From: Gammaproteobacteria bacterium
GTDB lineage: Bacteria > Pseudomonadota > Gammaproteobacteria > Steroidobacterales > UBA11654
DNA: 64,000 nt
NCBI GenBank assembly: GCA_002717445.1
Contig: PBDY01000019.1
Coordinates: forward strand, 36,568 to 100,567
Direction of reading: 5' to 3'
The notes under the pieces are model-generated. The model had not been told where the DNA came from and did not search any database. It saw only the letters and a program-made list of their open reading frames with translations. Each line of letters opens with the position of its first letter. Position 1 is the stretch's first letter. The position numbers and the translations under genes were made by a program. Below are positions 38,830-48,799 of the stretch, piece by piece.

Positions 38830-39909
38830 ATGTCAAAGAACATCTTCAATTTTTCTGCTGGTCCAGCCTTAATCCCTAATAGTGTAATTGAAAAAATACA
38901 TCATGGGCTTGATGATTTCGATCGTGGAATGTCAGTCATCGAAGTTTCTCACAGAAGCCAAGCATTCAAAGAATATGCACACTCATCAGAGTCCTCACTC
39001 AGGCAGTTATTAAACATCAATGATGAATATTCAGTCCTATTTCTTCAAGGAGGAGCCACTCATCAGTTTGCATTAATTCCTATGAACTTTTCTCGTAACG
39101 ATGGCGTTCTTGATTATCTTGTGACGGGTGCTTGGTCAAGAAAAGCCAGCGCTTATGCAAGTAAAATTGCAAATGTAAATATTGTGGCTGACTCGACTTC
39201 AAATAATTTTACAAACGTGACAGACTCGAATTTATGGAATCTCACAGATGGTGCAGATTATTTTTTTTACTGTGCTAATGAGACGGTACATGGGTTGGAA
39301 ATTCATGAACCAATAGAATCAGATTCCCCTGTGATTTGCGATATGTCTTCAACCATTGCCTCAAGGCCGATTGATATCAATAAATATGATCTAATTTTTG
39401 CTGGCGCACAAAAAAACCTGGGCATTGCTGGCGTGACGATCGTAATTGCTAAGAAGACGTTACTGTCTGAGGTCAATCATGAGTTACTACCAATGCTGGA
39501 TTATTCAGTGCATGCCGATGAGGCTTCAATGCTAAATACTTCTCCAGTGTTTGCTTGGTATGTTTCGGGTTTAATTTTTGATTGGATTAGAGAGCAGGGT
39601 GGAGTTGAGAGGATGTCTCAACTCAATCAGGAGAAATCCAGTCTTCTCTATAACTACATAGATCAATCAAATTTTTACTCTAATCCAATAGCGCATAGAT
39701 ATAGATCCTGGATGAATATTCCATTTATACTGAATAGAGAAGATCTTGATGATGAATTTCTTCGGTCAGCCGAAGATGAAGGTCTTTTAAATCTTAAAGG
39801 CCATAGAACCGTTGGAGGAATGCGTGCGAGTGTGTACAATGCGATGCCAATTGAAGGCATTAAGAAATTAATCGCTTTTATGGATGAATTTTCAAAATTA
39901 CACGAATGA
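38830..39909 (+). CDS. serC: Phosphoserine aminotransferase
   Basis: NFSAGPA, EVSHRS, LFLQGGAT, GAQKNLG, GHRTVGGMRASVYNA. Confidence 0.96.
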   Translation: MSKNIFNFSAGPALIPNSVIEKIHHGLDDFDRGMSVIEVSHRSQAFKEYAHSSESSLRQLLNINDEYSVLFLQGGATHQFALIPMNFSRNDGVLDYLVTGAWSRKASAYASKIANVNIVADSTSNNFTNVTDSNLWNLTDGADYFFYCANETVHGLEIHEPIESDSPVICDMSSTIASRPIDINKYDLIFAGAQKNLGIAGVTIVIAKKTLLSEVNHELLPMLDYSVHADEASMLNTSPVFAWYVSGLIFDWIREQGGVERMSQLNQEKSSLLYNYIDQSNFYSNPIAHRYRSWMNIPFILNREDLDDEFLRSAEDEGLLNLKGHRTVGGMRASVYNAMPIEGIKKLIAFMDEFSKLHE

Positions 39910-39910
39910 C

Positions 39911-41074
39911 ATGTACAAGGTTTTAAAACTCAACAATATCGCTGAAGAAGGCCTAAAAGTTTTTAACTCTGAACGATACCACTGTGGTGACGATGTCACC
40001 AATCCAGATGCTATCATCTTACGATCCTATGATATGCATGAGATGGATATTCCAAAAGATCTAAGAGCAGTTGGTCGAGCAGGTTCTGGAGTGAACAATA
40101 TTCCCATTGATAAATATACGGAAAAAGCAATTCCTGTTTTTAATGCCCCAGGAGCAAACTCAAATGCCGTAAAAGAACTTGTTTTGGCATCAATTCTTAT
40201 TGCTGCAAGAAATATCCATAGTGCAATAAAATATGTCGAATTAGTCAAGGATTCTGAGAATCTGAAGAGTGATATTGAGCATGGTAAGAAAGCATACGTT
40301 GGCTTTGAGTTACCAGCAAAGACCCTCGGTGTGATTGGTCTGGGTCAGATTGGAGTGAAAGTTGCAAATGCAGCTTATGATCTTGGCATGAATGTGATTG
40401 GCTATGATCCTCTGATTACCGTGGATAATGCGATCAACCTTCAACCAGGTATTCAAAACGTGAATGATTTAAAAGAATTGCTCAATGATTCTAATATCGT
40501 CACTATTCATATACCACATAAGAAAGAAACCGAGAACTTCATTGGGGATAATGAAATTAAAAAACTAAAAGAAGGATCCATAATTATAAATCTTTCTAGA
40601 GAAGCAATTGTTGACACAAATGCTATATTAAAGAATCTCGAAACCAATAAAATTAAAACTTATGTTACTGATTTTCCTAGTGAAGAGATGATTGATCATA
40701 AAGATGTTCTTGTGATGCCTCACTTGGGCGCCTCAACCAAAGAAGCCGAAATAAATTGTGCTGTCATGGTAGCAAACAGCCTAAAGTCTTACCTGGAGAG
40801 TGGAAATATTTTGAACTCTGTAAATTTTCCAGACGTCAAGTTAACCATCAACTCGCCTCATCGACTCACAATAACAAATAAAAATATGCCAAATATCATC
40901 GGACAGTTCACGTCGGTTTTGGGTAACTCTCAAATCAATATTGACGACCTTTCACATAAGGTACTTAACGAAATAGGCTATACCATCTTGAATGTTGATA
41001 AGCCAATATCAGAAAATGTTTTGGATGAAATATCCAATATTGAAGGTGTGATGAAGGTTAATATACTCTTTTAG
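39911..41074 (+). CDS. serA: D-3-phosphoglycerate dehydrogenase with ACT domain (start moved to ATG 39911)
   Basis: RAGSGVNNI, PGANSNAVKE, GLGQIG, PHLGASTKEAE, C-terminal ACT; adjacent to serC. Confidence 0.88.
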   Translation: MYKVLKLNNIAEEGLKVFNSERYHCGDDVTNPDAIILRSYDMHEMDIPKDLRAVGRAGSGVNNIPIDKYTEKAIPVFNAPGANSNAVKELVLASILIAARNIHSAIKYVELVKDSENLKSDIEHGKKAYVGFELPAKTLGVIGLGQIGVKVANAAYDLGMNVIGYDPLITVDNAINLQPGIQNVNDLKELLNDSNIVTIHIPHKKETENFIGDNEIKKLKEGSIIINLSREAIVDTNAILKNLETNKIKTYVTDFPSEEMIDHKDVLVMPHLGASTKEAEINCAVMVANSLKSYLESGNILNSVNFPDVKLTINSPHRLTITNKNMPNIIGQFTSVLGNSQINIDDLSHKVLNEIGYTILNVDKPISENVLDEISNIEGVMKVNILF

Positions 41075-41076
41075 TC

Positions 41077-41895
41077 ATGCGTGTTTCATATTTAGGGCCC
41101 AAAGGATCATTCACTCAAATTGCTTTGACTAAGTACTTTGGTGACGATGCGGATGAAATCTCCCAAAGAAGCATTGGTGAGGTTTTTAATACTGTAGAAA
41201 AAAGAATGGTGGACTATGGTGTCGTTCCTATTGAGAATTCATTTGAAGGATCAATCAATAATACCCATGATTTATTGATTGACTCAACCGTTAAGATTTA
41301 CGATGAAATCCAGATCAGGATTCATCAATGTCTCATATCAAAAACGACCGAAATCAACCAAATCAAAAAAATCTATTCACACCCACAATCATTTGCTCAA
41401 TGTCAGAGTTGGCTAAAAGCAAATTTACCAAACGCCGAGTTGATACCGGTTTTTAGTAACTCTGAAGCCGCTGAAACTGTTTCGACTGATGATGAGGCCT
41501 GCATAGGATCATTGAGGCTCACAAAACTATATGATTTAGAGCTCATAAAAAAAGACATTGAAGATTCAAAAGAAAACACCACAAGATTTGTGATCTTGAG
41601 TCATGAACAACAAGAAAAAAAAGGGCATAACAAAACTTCACTGGTCATAACTCCTCCAGACAGTGATGCCTCAGGCTCTCTGTATAATCTCTTACAACCT
41701 TTTGCGTCAGAAGGCATTAATCTAATGAGAATTGAATCACGTCCATTCAGAGGTCAACTGTGGAGTTATGTTTTCTTCATCGACTGTGAAGGGTCCATCG
41801 AAGACAGCAGTATTCTAAATGCAATTAGAACGCTCAAGGAGCAAAATATCAGGGTTAAGATATTAGGATGCTACCCCAGTCAACAGCATCCATGA
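41077..41895 (+). CDS. pheA: Prephenate dehydratase (monofunctional)
   Basis: YLGPKGSFT, VPIENSFEG, SHPQ, NTTRF, IESRP. Confidence 0.94.
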   Translation: MRVSYLGPKGSFTQIALTKYFGDDADEISQRSIGEVFNTVEKRMVDYGVVPIENSFEGSINNTHDLLIDSTVKIYDEIQIRIHQCLISKTTEINQIKKIYSHPQSFAQCQSWLKANLPNAELIPVFSNSEAAETVSTDDEACIGSLRLTKLYDLELIKKDIEDSKENTTRFVILSHEQQEKKGHNKTSLVITPPDSDASGSLYNLLQPFASEGINLMRIESRPFRGQLWSYVFFIDCEGSIEDSSILNAIRTLKEQNIRVKILGCYPSQQHP

Positions 41896-43199
41896 AGACC
41901 GAAAGTATTAATTTATTGGCGTCTTCACAAAAACAAATGAATGGGTGCATCGAAGTCCCAGGTGATAAATCTATTTCTCATAGAGCAATCATCATCTCTT
42001 CCATAGCTAAAGGAGAAACACAAATTGACCACTATCTGAATTCTACAGATGTGCATGCGAGCATACGTGCTTGTCGTGCAATTGGTGCCCGGATTGAACA
42101 AAATGATGATTCATTAGTAATTAATGGTAATGATCGATCCAGATCCTCTGGAAAAGATATCGAGTTAAACTTTGGAAACTCTGGTACATCAATGAGATTG
42201 ATGATGGGCGTTTTATCGGCTCAAAACTTTTCCTCAGTTCTTGAGGGAGATTCATCACTCAATCAAAGACCCATGAATAGAGTCTCTCAGCCACTGATTA
42301 AAATGAACGCCGATATAATAACAACCGATGATACTCCACCGGTTCATATTGCTCCTGTCAAAAAGATAAAAAATGTTAATCACTCAGAGGATGTTGCTAG
42401 CGCTCAGATCAAATCATCAATACTGCTCGCTGGACTCTATGGCGATGATACTTTTACGATTAAAACACCTCCATCTAGAGATCATACTGAAATAATGCTT
42501 GGTGAATTTGGATGCAAGATCTCAAAAGACTTAGAATCCATAACTATGACGCCGTCTGAGCTTCTGTCACCGGGACAAATTGATGTACCGGGCGATATCT
42601 CATCAGCTGCATTTTTTATTGTCGGAGCCATCCTTTCAAAGGACGGTCAGGTAACCATTAATAATGTTGGCTTAAACCCTTTGAGAACAGGCTTTATTAA
42701 AATTTTAATCATGATGGGCGCGAACATCGTGATCACTGAAAACAGAAAAATAAATGGTGAACTAGTAGGTAATCTGACAGCGAAGTCATCCAAGTTATAC
42801 GGAGTGGACGTTCCAAAACACTTGATTGCAAGCTCTATTGATGAGTTGCCACTTATAGTACTGGCGGGTAGCCAGGCAGATGGAAAAACTTCCGTGAGGA
42901 ACGCCGAAGAGCTTCGAGTAAAAGAATCAGATAGGATTTCATCAATGATAAAGATGATGCAAGCTTTTGGCATCTCTGTTGATGAATATGATGATGGAAT
43001 GAATATTTATGGCGGCACAATCACTGGCTCAACGATTAATAGCTTTGGAGACCATAGAATTGCAATGACTGCGCTTCTTGCTTCGCTGGTATCTGATGGA
43101 GACGTTTTAGTACAGGACTGCAAGAATATTGACACATCGTTCCCATCTTTTATAAAAGTAGCGAATAATATTGGCATGGACATTAAAGAACATGCCTAA
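41892..43199 (+). CDS. aroA: 3-phosphoshikimate 1-carboxyvinyltransferase (start moved to ATG 41892)
   Basis: PGDKSISHR, GNSGTSMR, ASAQIKS, RDHTE, ELRVKESDR, DHRIAM. Confidence 0.96.
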   Translation: MKTESINLLASSQKQMNGCIEVPGDKSISHRAIIISSIAKGETQIDHYLNSTDVHASIRACRAIGARIEQNDDSLVINGNDRSRSSGKDIELNFGNSGTSMRLMMGVLSAQNFSSVLEGDSSLNQRPMNRVSQPLIKMNADIITTDDTPPVHIAPVKKIKNVNHSEDVASAQIKSSILLAGLYGDDTFTIKTPPSRDHTEIMLGEFGCKISKDLESITMTPSELLSPGQIDVPGDISSAAFFIVGAILSKDGQVTINNVGLNPLRTGFIKILIMMGANIVITENRKINGELVGNLTAKSSKLYGVDVPKHLIASSIDELPLIVLAGSQADGKTSVRNAEELRVKESDRISSMIKMMQAFGISVDEYDDGMNIYGGTITGSTINSFGDHRIAMTALLASLVSDGDVLVQDCKNIDTSFPSFIKVANNIGMDIKEHA

Positions 43200-43863
43200 T
43201 GTTATTACAGTTGATGGACCAAGCGGAGTTGGCAAAGGGACCATCTCAGAATATCTGTCGGAAGAACTTAAGTGGAATTATTTGAATAGCGGAGCCTTAT
43301 ATCGTGCAATTGCTTGGGTAGTGAGAAATGATTCGATCGATCTTAAGGACACTGCCGGATTGGAAAGCGCCTCTAAAGATATTCACTTTTCACTAAAAAA
43401 CAAAAAACTCCTAATCAAATTTGAAGGGATGGAAATTGGTTCATTAATATACAATGAAGAAATTGCCAAAATCGCGTCAAAAGTTTCTTCCAATCCTAAA
43501 GTACGTAGGTCAATCGTTAATATTCAGAGATTGTTTAAAAAAGAGCCTGGCTTAGTCGCTGAAGGCAGAGATATGGGGTCAGTAATCTTTCCTGAATCAG
43601 AACTTAAAATATTTCTGACTGCATCAATAGAAACGCGTGCCGGAAGACGCTATAAGCAGTTGAAGGATAGGGAATTTAATGTTAGCCTTCCGGCTCTAAT
43701 TAAGGATTTGAGTGCTCGTGATGATAGAGACAAAGGTAGAGAAATTTCGCCGCTTGTCATTCCTGATGGGGCATTTGTAATAGAAACCGATGATCTAACC
43801 ATCATTGAAGTAAAAAAAATAGTTAAAGAAAAGGTAAATAAGACCTATGGAACAAACATTTGA
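43192..43863 (+). CDS. cmk: Cytidylate kinase (start moved to ATG 43192)
   Basis: DGPSGVGKGT, SGALYR, EGRDMG, KIFLTAS. Confidence 0.96.
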   Translation: MPNVITVDGPSGVGKGTISEYLSEELKWNYLNSGALYRAIAWVVRNDSIDLKDTAGLESASKDIHFSLKNKKLLIKFEGMEIGSLIYNEEIAKIASKVSSNPKVRRSIVNIQRLFKKEPGLVAEGRDMGSVIFPESELKIFLTASIETRAGRRYKQLKDREFNVSLPALIKDLSARDDRDKGREISPLVIPDGAFVIETDDLTIIEVKKIVKEKVNKTYGTNI

Positions 43864-45529
43864 AGAACTATTTGAAAGTTCTCAGTACAACCAAAATATT
43901 AAACCAGGTCAGATTATAGAGGCCAATGTAATCAATATTACAACCGATCATGCCGTACTAAGTGCTGGTCTAAAATCTGAATCTTTTGTCAATATCAATC
44001 AATTCAAAGATTCTGATGGTGAAGTTGAAATTTCAATCGGTGACAAAGTTAAGGTTGTCATAGAAGAAATTGAGGATGGCGAAGGACAAACAAGGTTATC
44101 TCGACAGAAAGCTAAAAACGAAGCAACCTGGGCTAAGTTAATTTCTGCAACAGAGAGCGGTGATATTGTCACTGGTCGCATACAAAACAGAATTAAAGGT
44201 GGTTTCATGGTATTGATTGACGAAATCACTGCCTTTCTTCCTGGGTCACTCGTTGACATAAGGCCAGTCCGAGAAACACAGTATCTTGAAGGAACCTCTT
44301 CAGAGTTTAAAGTTGTTAAAGCAGATAAAGCATCAAGCAATATAGTTGTTTCAAGAAAAGCGGCACTCTTAGGTGACTCAGAGGACAACAGAGTTGAAAT
44401 GCTTTCTAAATTGAATGAAGGCGATGTTATAGAAGGAATCATTAAGAATCTCACAGATTATGGTGCTTTCATAGACCTAGGGGGGTTGGATGGTCTCCTG
44501 CATATAACGGATATCTCTTGGAAGAAGATCAAACATCCGTCTGAGCGATTAAATATTGCTGAAAAGATTCAAGTTATGATTATCTCGATTGACAATGAAA
44601 AGGGTAGGGTTTCTCTTGGTTTAAAACAACTCGAAGACGACCCATGGGATGACTTAATTAAAAATTACGATATAGGGATGAAGGCCGCATGCACCATATC
44701 CAATATCACGGACTATGGCTTATTCATGGAAATTGATGATGGCATAGAGGGATTGGTTCATGTTTCTGAAATAGATTGGACAAACAATAATCCTAACCCA
44801 CATAAAATAGCTAATGTGGGTGATCAAGTTGAAGTAATGATTCTCTCTATCGACAAAGATAAAAGAAGAGTTTCGCTCGGGATAAAACAATGCCTAGCTA
44901 ACCCATGGACTGAGTTCTCAGAGCAACACAATGAAAACGAAAACATCAAAGGAAAAATTAAATCCATTACTGACTTTGGAATTTTTGTAGAATTGGATGG
45001 CGGAATTGATGGCCTCGTTCATATTTCAGATGTCTCTTGGGAAAACGATGAAAATATAGATCTTTCTGCTTATAACAAATCTGATGAAATAGAGACAACA
45101 ATTCTATCAATCGATTCAAACAAACAACGAATTTCTTTGGGTATTAAGCAACTAGACAATGATCCCTTCCAGGAATACCTTTCAAAAAATCCAAAAAATT
45201 CAATAGTGAAGGGCATAATTTCAGAAGTGGATGAAAGAAACGCACTTGTCAGTCTTGCCGAGAAAGTCAATGGATTGTTGAATATCTCAGAAGTTTCAAG
45301 AGATAAAATTGATGACATGAGATCATCCTTCAGACCAAAAGATGAAATAGAAGCAAAAATTGTAGGCTATGATAAGAAAAATAGGACCCTTAAGCTGTCG
45401 ATCAAAGCAAAAGAGGAGACGGATGAAAAAGAAGCTCTTGCAACATATAAAAAAGACGAAAAAGAGAACATTTCTAAAACAAGCCTTGGTGATCTCTTGA
45501 AATCTAAATTTATCAAAGATAAAGATTAG
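43847..45529 (+). CDS. rpsA: 30S ribosomal protein S1
   Basis: Repeated S1 domains (AFLPGSLVD, DYGAFIDLGGLDGLLHITDISW, GLVHVSEI); cmk-rpsA-ihfB synteny. Confidence 0.97.
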   Translation: MEQTFEELFESSQYNQNIKPGQIIEANVINITTDHAVLSAGLKSESFVNINQFKDSDGEVEISIGDKVKVVIEEIEDGEGQTRLSRQKAKNEATWAKLISATESGDIVTGRIQNRIKGGFMVLIDEITAFLPGSLVDIRPVRETQYLEGTSSEFKVVKADKASSNIVVSRKAALLGDSEDNRVEMLSKLNEGDVIEGIIKNLTDYGAFIDLGGLDGLLHITDISWKKIKHPSERLNIAEKIQVMIISIDNEKGRVSLGLKQLEDDPWDDLIKNYDIGMKAACTISNITDYGLFMEIDDGIEGLVHVSEIDWTNNNPNPHKIANVGDQVEVMILSIDKDKRRVSLGIKQCLANPWTEFSEQHNENENIKGKIKSITDFGIFVELDGGIDGLVHISDVSWENDENIDLSAYNKSDEIETTILSIDSNKQRISLGIKQLDNDPFQEYLSKNPKNSIVKGIISEVDERNALVSLAEKVNGLLNISEVSRDKIDDMRSSFRPKDEIEAKIVGYDKKNRTLKLSIKAKEETDEKEALATYKKDEKENISKTSLGDLLKSKFIKDKD

Positions 45530-45566
45530 TATTCCGAAATAGTATTTTTTCTGATTTAATTAAGAC

Positions 45567-45872
45567 GTGGCCATCAATAAAAAACAACTTGTAGATCTCA
45601 TCTCCTCAAAACAGGATCAACTCTCACACAAAGACATTGAACTGTCTGTAAAGACTATGTTTAATTCGATGTCAGATGCACTTAAAAATGGAGACAGAAT
45701 TGAAATCAGAGGTTTCGGAAGCTTTGGATTGAGATTTAGGAAATCCAGAACCGGTCGAAATCCAAAGTCTGGCGAGACTGTCAATATCCAAAATAGATAC
45801 GTACCTCACTTTAAACCGGGTAAGGAGTTTAGAGAGTCAGTTAAGGACGCCGGCACCAAAACAAGTCAATAG
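45567..45872 (+). CDS. ihfB: Integration host factor beta subunit
   Basis: RIEIRGFGSF, GRNPKSGE, VPHFKPGKE. Confidence 0.95.
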   Translation: MAINKKQLVDLISSKQDQLSHKDIELSVKTMFNSMSDALKNGDRIEIRGFGSFGLRFRKSRTGRNPKSGETVNIQNRYVPHFKPGKEFRESVKDAGTKTSQ

Positions 45873-45873
45873 T

Positions 45874-47034
45874 ATGCTTTCTGAAAGCGCCTTATATTTA
45901 ACTGGGATCTTTCTCTTATTTGGGGGTCTTGTTTATGTTTATTTCAACTTCTTTGAGGTGGATAAAAAAGAAGATATTAATGCTGACTACTTAACAGGAC
46001 TTAAGTATCTCCTTAATGAGGAATCCGATAAAGCCATCAATCTATTTTCTGACCTTATTGAAATTGACGATGAAACCATACAAACTCACCTCGCTTTGGG
46101 TGTGTTGTTCAGGAAGCAAGGCCGAGTAGATAAAGCCATCCAGCTTCATGAATATATTCTTTCGAAAGACGAGTTACCTGAAAAACATTATTTTCAAACA
46201 TTATTTGAGTTGGGTGAAAACTATTTCTCTGCCGGGATTTATAATAAAGCAGAAGATATATTTCTAAAACTTAAAGACTATGAAGAGCACAATGAGGATG
46301 CTCTCAATAAACTGATCATTATCAATGAGTACTTTGGAGAATGGGAAAAGGCCCTTTCATTCTTAGAAGAACTAGATGCTCAAAGTGAGCAGAATTATTC
46401 AATCAGCAGAAATCATTATTACTGCGAAATAGCTGAAATGCATATTAATAATGGAGAAACTAAATCAGCAAATCAATTCCTTCTGAAAGCCCAAGGACTT
46501 CATACCGACTCCATTAGAAGCGAATACATAAAAATGCTCATTGACTTAAAAAGCTCACAAAATGATTCAGCAATTTCCTCATTCGTTTCCATGGTTAATA
46601 AAAATAGAATTGCCTACATTCTAGCTCTTCCGAAAATCATTCAATCATTGAATCAAACAGACATTGAATCAATAGATGCAAAATTAACAGGCCTCTTAAA
46701 TAACGACCCTGAAGCACATAATTATCTTGCCATTGTGGCCGTCATGTTTCCTGAAATTAAAAATGCTGTGATTGAAGAAGTGATTCAGTCTTTTATTGAA
46801 AATCAAGACATCGTCAAAGAGATTGATAAACTTGACGAGGATTACTCAATTGTTTCAACAATTTCAAACCGTCTCAGTCAAAGCATGCGTCTTATTCTGA
46901 ATAAGAAAATGAAATCAGAATATAAGTTTAGTTGCAAAAAATGCGGCTATCAAACAATTGCATTCTCTTGGCAATGTCCAACATGTAAAAGCTGGGAATC
47001 ATCATTACCAATCAACTTTTTAAAGGCTATCTGA
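45874..47034 (+). CDS. lapB: Lipopolysaccharide assembly protein B
   Basis: N-terminal TM, YLTGLKYLL, THLALGVLFRKQGRVDKAIQLH TPR repeats, rubredoxin motif CKKC...WQCPTC. Confidence 0.88.
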   Translation: MLSESALYLTGIFLLFGGLVYVYFNFFEVDKKEDINADYLTGLKYLLNEESDKAINLFSDLIEIDDETIQTHLALGVLFRKQGRVDKAIQLHEYILSKDELPEKHYFQTLFELGENYFSAGIYNKAEDIFLKLKDYEEHNEDALNKLIIINEYFGEWEKALSFLEELDAQSEQNYSISRNHYYCEIAEMHINNGETKSANQFLLKAQGLHTDSIRSEYIKMLIDLKSSQNDSAISSFVSMVNKNRIAYILALPKIIQSLNQTDIESIDAKLTGLLNNDPEAHNYLAIVAVMFPEIKNAVIEEVIQSFIENQDIVKEIDKLDEDYSIVSTISNRLSQSMRLILNKKMKSEYKFSCKKCGYQTIAFSWQCPTCKSWESSLPINFLKAI

Positions 47035-47035
47035 G

Positions 47036-47437
47036 GTGTCAAAAGTTGGTGTAATTGCAGGTAACTTTGATGTAATTCACCCGGGTTATATTTACATGTT
47101 TGATGAATGCAAGAATCATTGTGATACTTTGTTGCTTTTGCTCCACGAGGATCCTTCTATTGAAAGGCCAGAAAAGATTCAACCAATTCTAAGCTTAGAG
47201 GAAAGAAATCTAATCTTATCATCATTAAAACAAATCGATCGAATCATCTCCTATCAAACCGAATCAGATCTATATGAGATCCTAAATGAAACCAAAATTG
47301 ATATTAGGTTTCTTGGAGACGATTACAAAGATAAATCATATACAGGGGATGATTTAAGATTGCCCATCCATTATTTAGATCGGTCTCACGGTTGGAGCAC
47401 TACAAAGTTTAAAAAGTTGATTGCTGAGAGTCTCTGA
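47036..47437 (+). CDS. TagD-like nucleotidylyltransferase (cytidylyltransferase family)
   Basis: AGNFDVIHPGY (HxGH variant), EER, GDDY, RSHGWSTT. Confidence 0.8.
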   Translation: MSKVGVIAGNFDVIHPGYIYMFDECKNHCDTLLLLLHEDPSIERPEKIQPILSLEERNLILSSLKQIDRIISYQTESDLYEILNETKIDIRFLGDDYKDKSYTGDDLRLPIHYLDRSHGWSTTKFKKLIAESL

Positions 47438-47449
47438 GGGTTTTAAATC

Positions 47450-47525
47450 TGGCTCCCCGGGCCGGACTCGAACCAGCGACCCATTGATTAACAGTCAATC
47501 GCTCTACCAACTGAGCTACCGGGGA
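47450..47525 (-). tRNA. tRNA-Asn(GTT)
   Basis: Reverse complement reads TCCCCGGTAGCTCAGTTGGTAGAGCGATTGACTGTTAATCAATGGGTCGCTGGTTCGAGTCCGGCCCGGGGAGCCA. Confidence 0.96.
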
Positions 47526-47574
47526 TTAGATTTAAAAGAAGTCTGCTTGAAGCAAATCAAATAGTCAAGTTGGA

Positions 47575-48756
47575 TTAATCGAGTGATTTAGAGATCCTAT
47601 CGACAGCATCCTTTATCTGTTCAAGACTGGTTGCATAAGACAATCTGACATATCCATTTGAGCCAAATGCACTTCCGGGAACAACAGCAACATGGGCTTT
47701 TTCAATGAGATATTCTGATAATTCAACATCGTCAGAAAAGCCCTTTTTTTCAATAACATTCTTAACATCTGGAAATAAATAAAAAGCACCTGTGCCCGGT
47801 GATGTTTTGAACCCATTTATATTATTCAGTGCCGAGCATAAATAATCATGGCGCAATCGATACTGTTCAACCATTTCATAAACCTCGTCCATTGGGCCAT
47901 TTAGGGCTGCAATGGCTGCTGCTTGGGAGATTGAGGATGGATTAGAGGTGCTTTGGCTTTGAATCTTCTTCATGGCAGCAATAACATCTGCAGGTCCTCC
48001 GCAATAGCCAATTCTCCACCCGGTCATTGCATACGATTTAGAGACGCCATTAATTGTGATGGTTCTATCAAATAATTCTGGGCATGCTTGTGCAAATGAG
48101 ACAAAAGGTTTTTCACCCCAATAGATATATTCATACATATCATCGGTTGCAACAAGAACATTGGGATAGTTTTCCAATACTGCACCAATGGCCTGGTAAT
48201 CAGATTCACTGTAAGTAATACCAGTAGGGTTTGAAGGTGAATTAATAATCACCAATTTTGTTTTTTCACTCACTGCTCGAGTAAATGCATCAAAATCTAT
48301 CGAGAAATCATTCTCTTGAAATGTATCAACAATCACCGGTTCCGCATCGGCTAAAAGAACCATGTCTGGATATGAAACCCAATAGGGGCTGATTATAATA
48401 ACCTCGTCACCTGGGCCTAAAATGGCTTGAAACAAATTATAAAGTGTTTGTTTGGCGCCAGTGGATACAAGAATATTATCCTGCTGATAAATTAATTCAT
48501 TGTCATTAATGAATTTATTCATAATAGCCTGTTTTAAATCCGGCAGACCATCTACCTGAGTGTATTTTGTCATCCCCTTGTCCATTGCTTTTTTTGCAGC
48601 TTCTTTGATGTATTCCGGTGTGTCAAAATCAGGTTCGCCTGCACTCATACTGATGACATTAATTCCTGCTGCCCTCATTTCCATCGCCTTAGACGAAACA
48701 GCGATTGTTGCCGATGGCTTTACCTTTTTAACTCTTTCAGATATTGGATTATTCAT
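47575..48756 (-). CDS. aspC: Aspartate aminotransferase (class I PLP-dependent)
   Basis: [33 protein letters not shown]; divergent from uvrB. Confidence 0.88.
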   Translation of the reverse strand: MNNPISERVKKVKPSATIAVSSKAMEMRAAGINVISMSAGEPDFDTPEYIKEAAKKAMDKGMTKYTQVDGLPDLKQAIMNKFINDNELIYQQDNILVSTGAKQTLYNLFQAILGPGDEVIIISPYWVSYPDMVLLADAEPVIVDTFQENDFSIDFDAFTRAVSEKTKLVIINSPSNPTGITYSESDYQAIGAVLENYPNVLVATDDMYEYIYWGEKPFVSFAQACPELFDRTITINGVSKSYAMTGWRIGYCGGPADVIAAMKKIQSQSTSNPSSISQAAAIAALNGPMDEVYEMVEQYRLRHDYLCSALNNINGFKTSPGTGAFYLFPDVKNVIEKKGFSDDVELSEYLIEKAHVAVVPGSAFGSNGYVRLSYATSLEQIKDAVDRISKSLD

Positions 48757-48784
48757 TCTATGGAATGTTTATATTTTAGATCGA

Positions 48785-48790
48785 TATAAT
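48785..48790 (+). promoter_or_regulatory. Perfect -10 hexamer upstream of uvrB
   Basis: TATAAT ending 9 bp before ATG 48800. Confidence 0.45.
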
Positions 48791-48799
48791 AACAAAATT

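Noticed and set aside
48560-48799. Hydrophobic 80-aa N-terminal extension of UvrB in the ORF track
   Set aside because: It overlaps aspC on the opposite strand; UvrB homology begins at ATG 48800.
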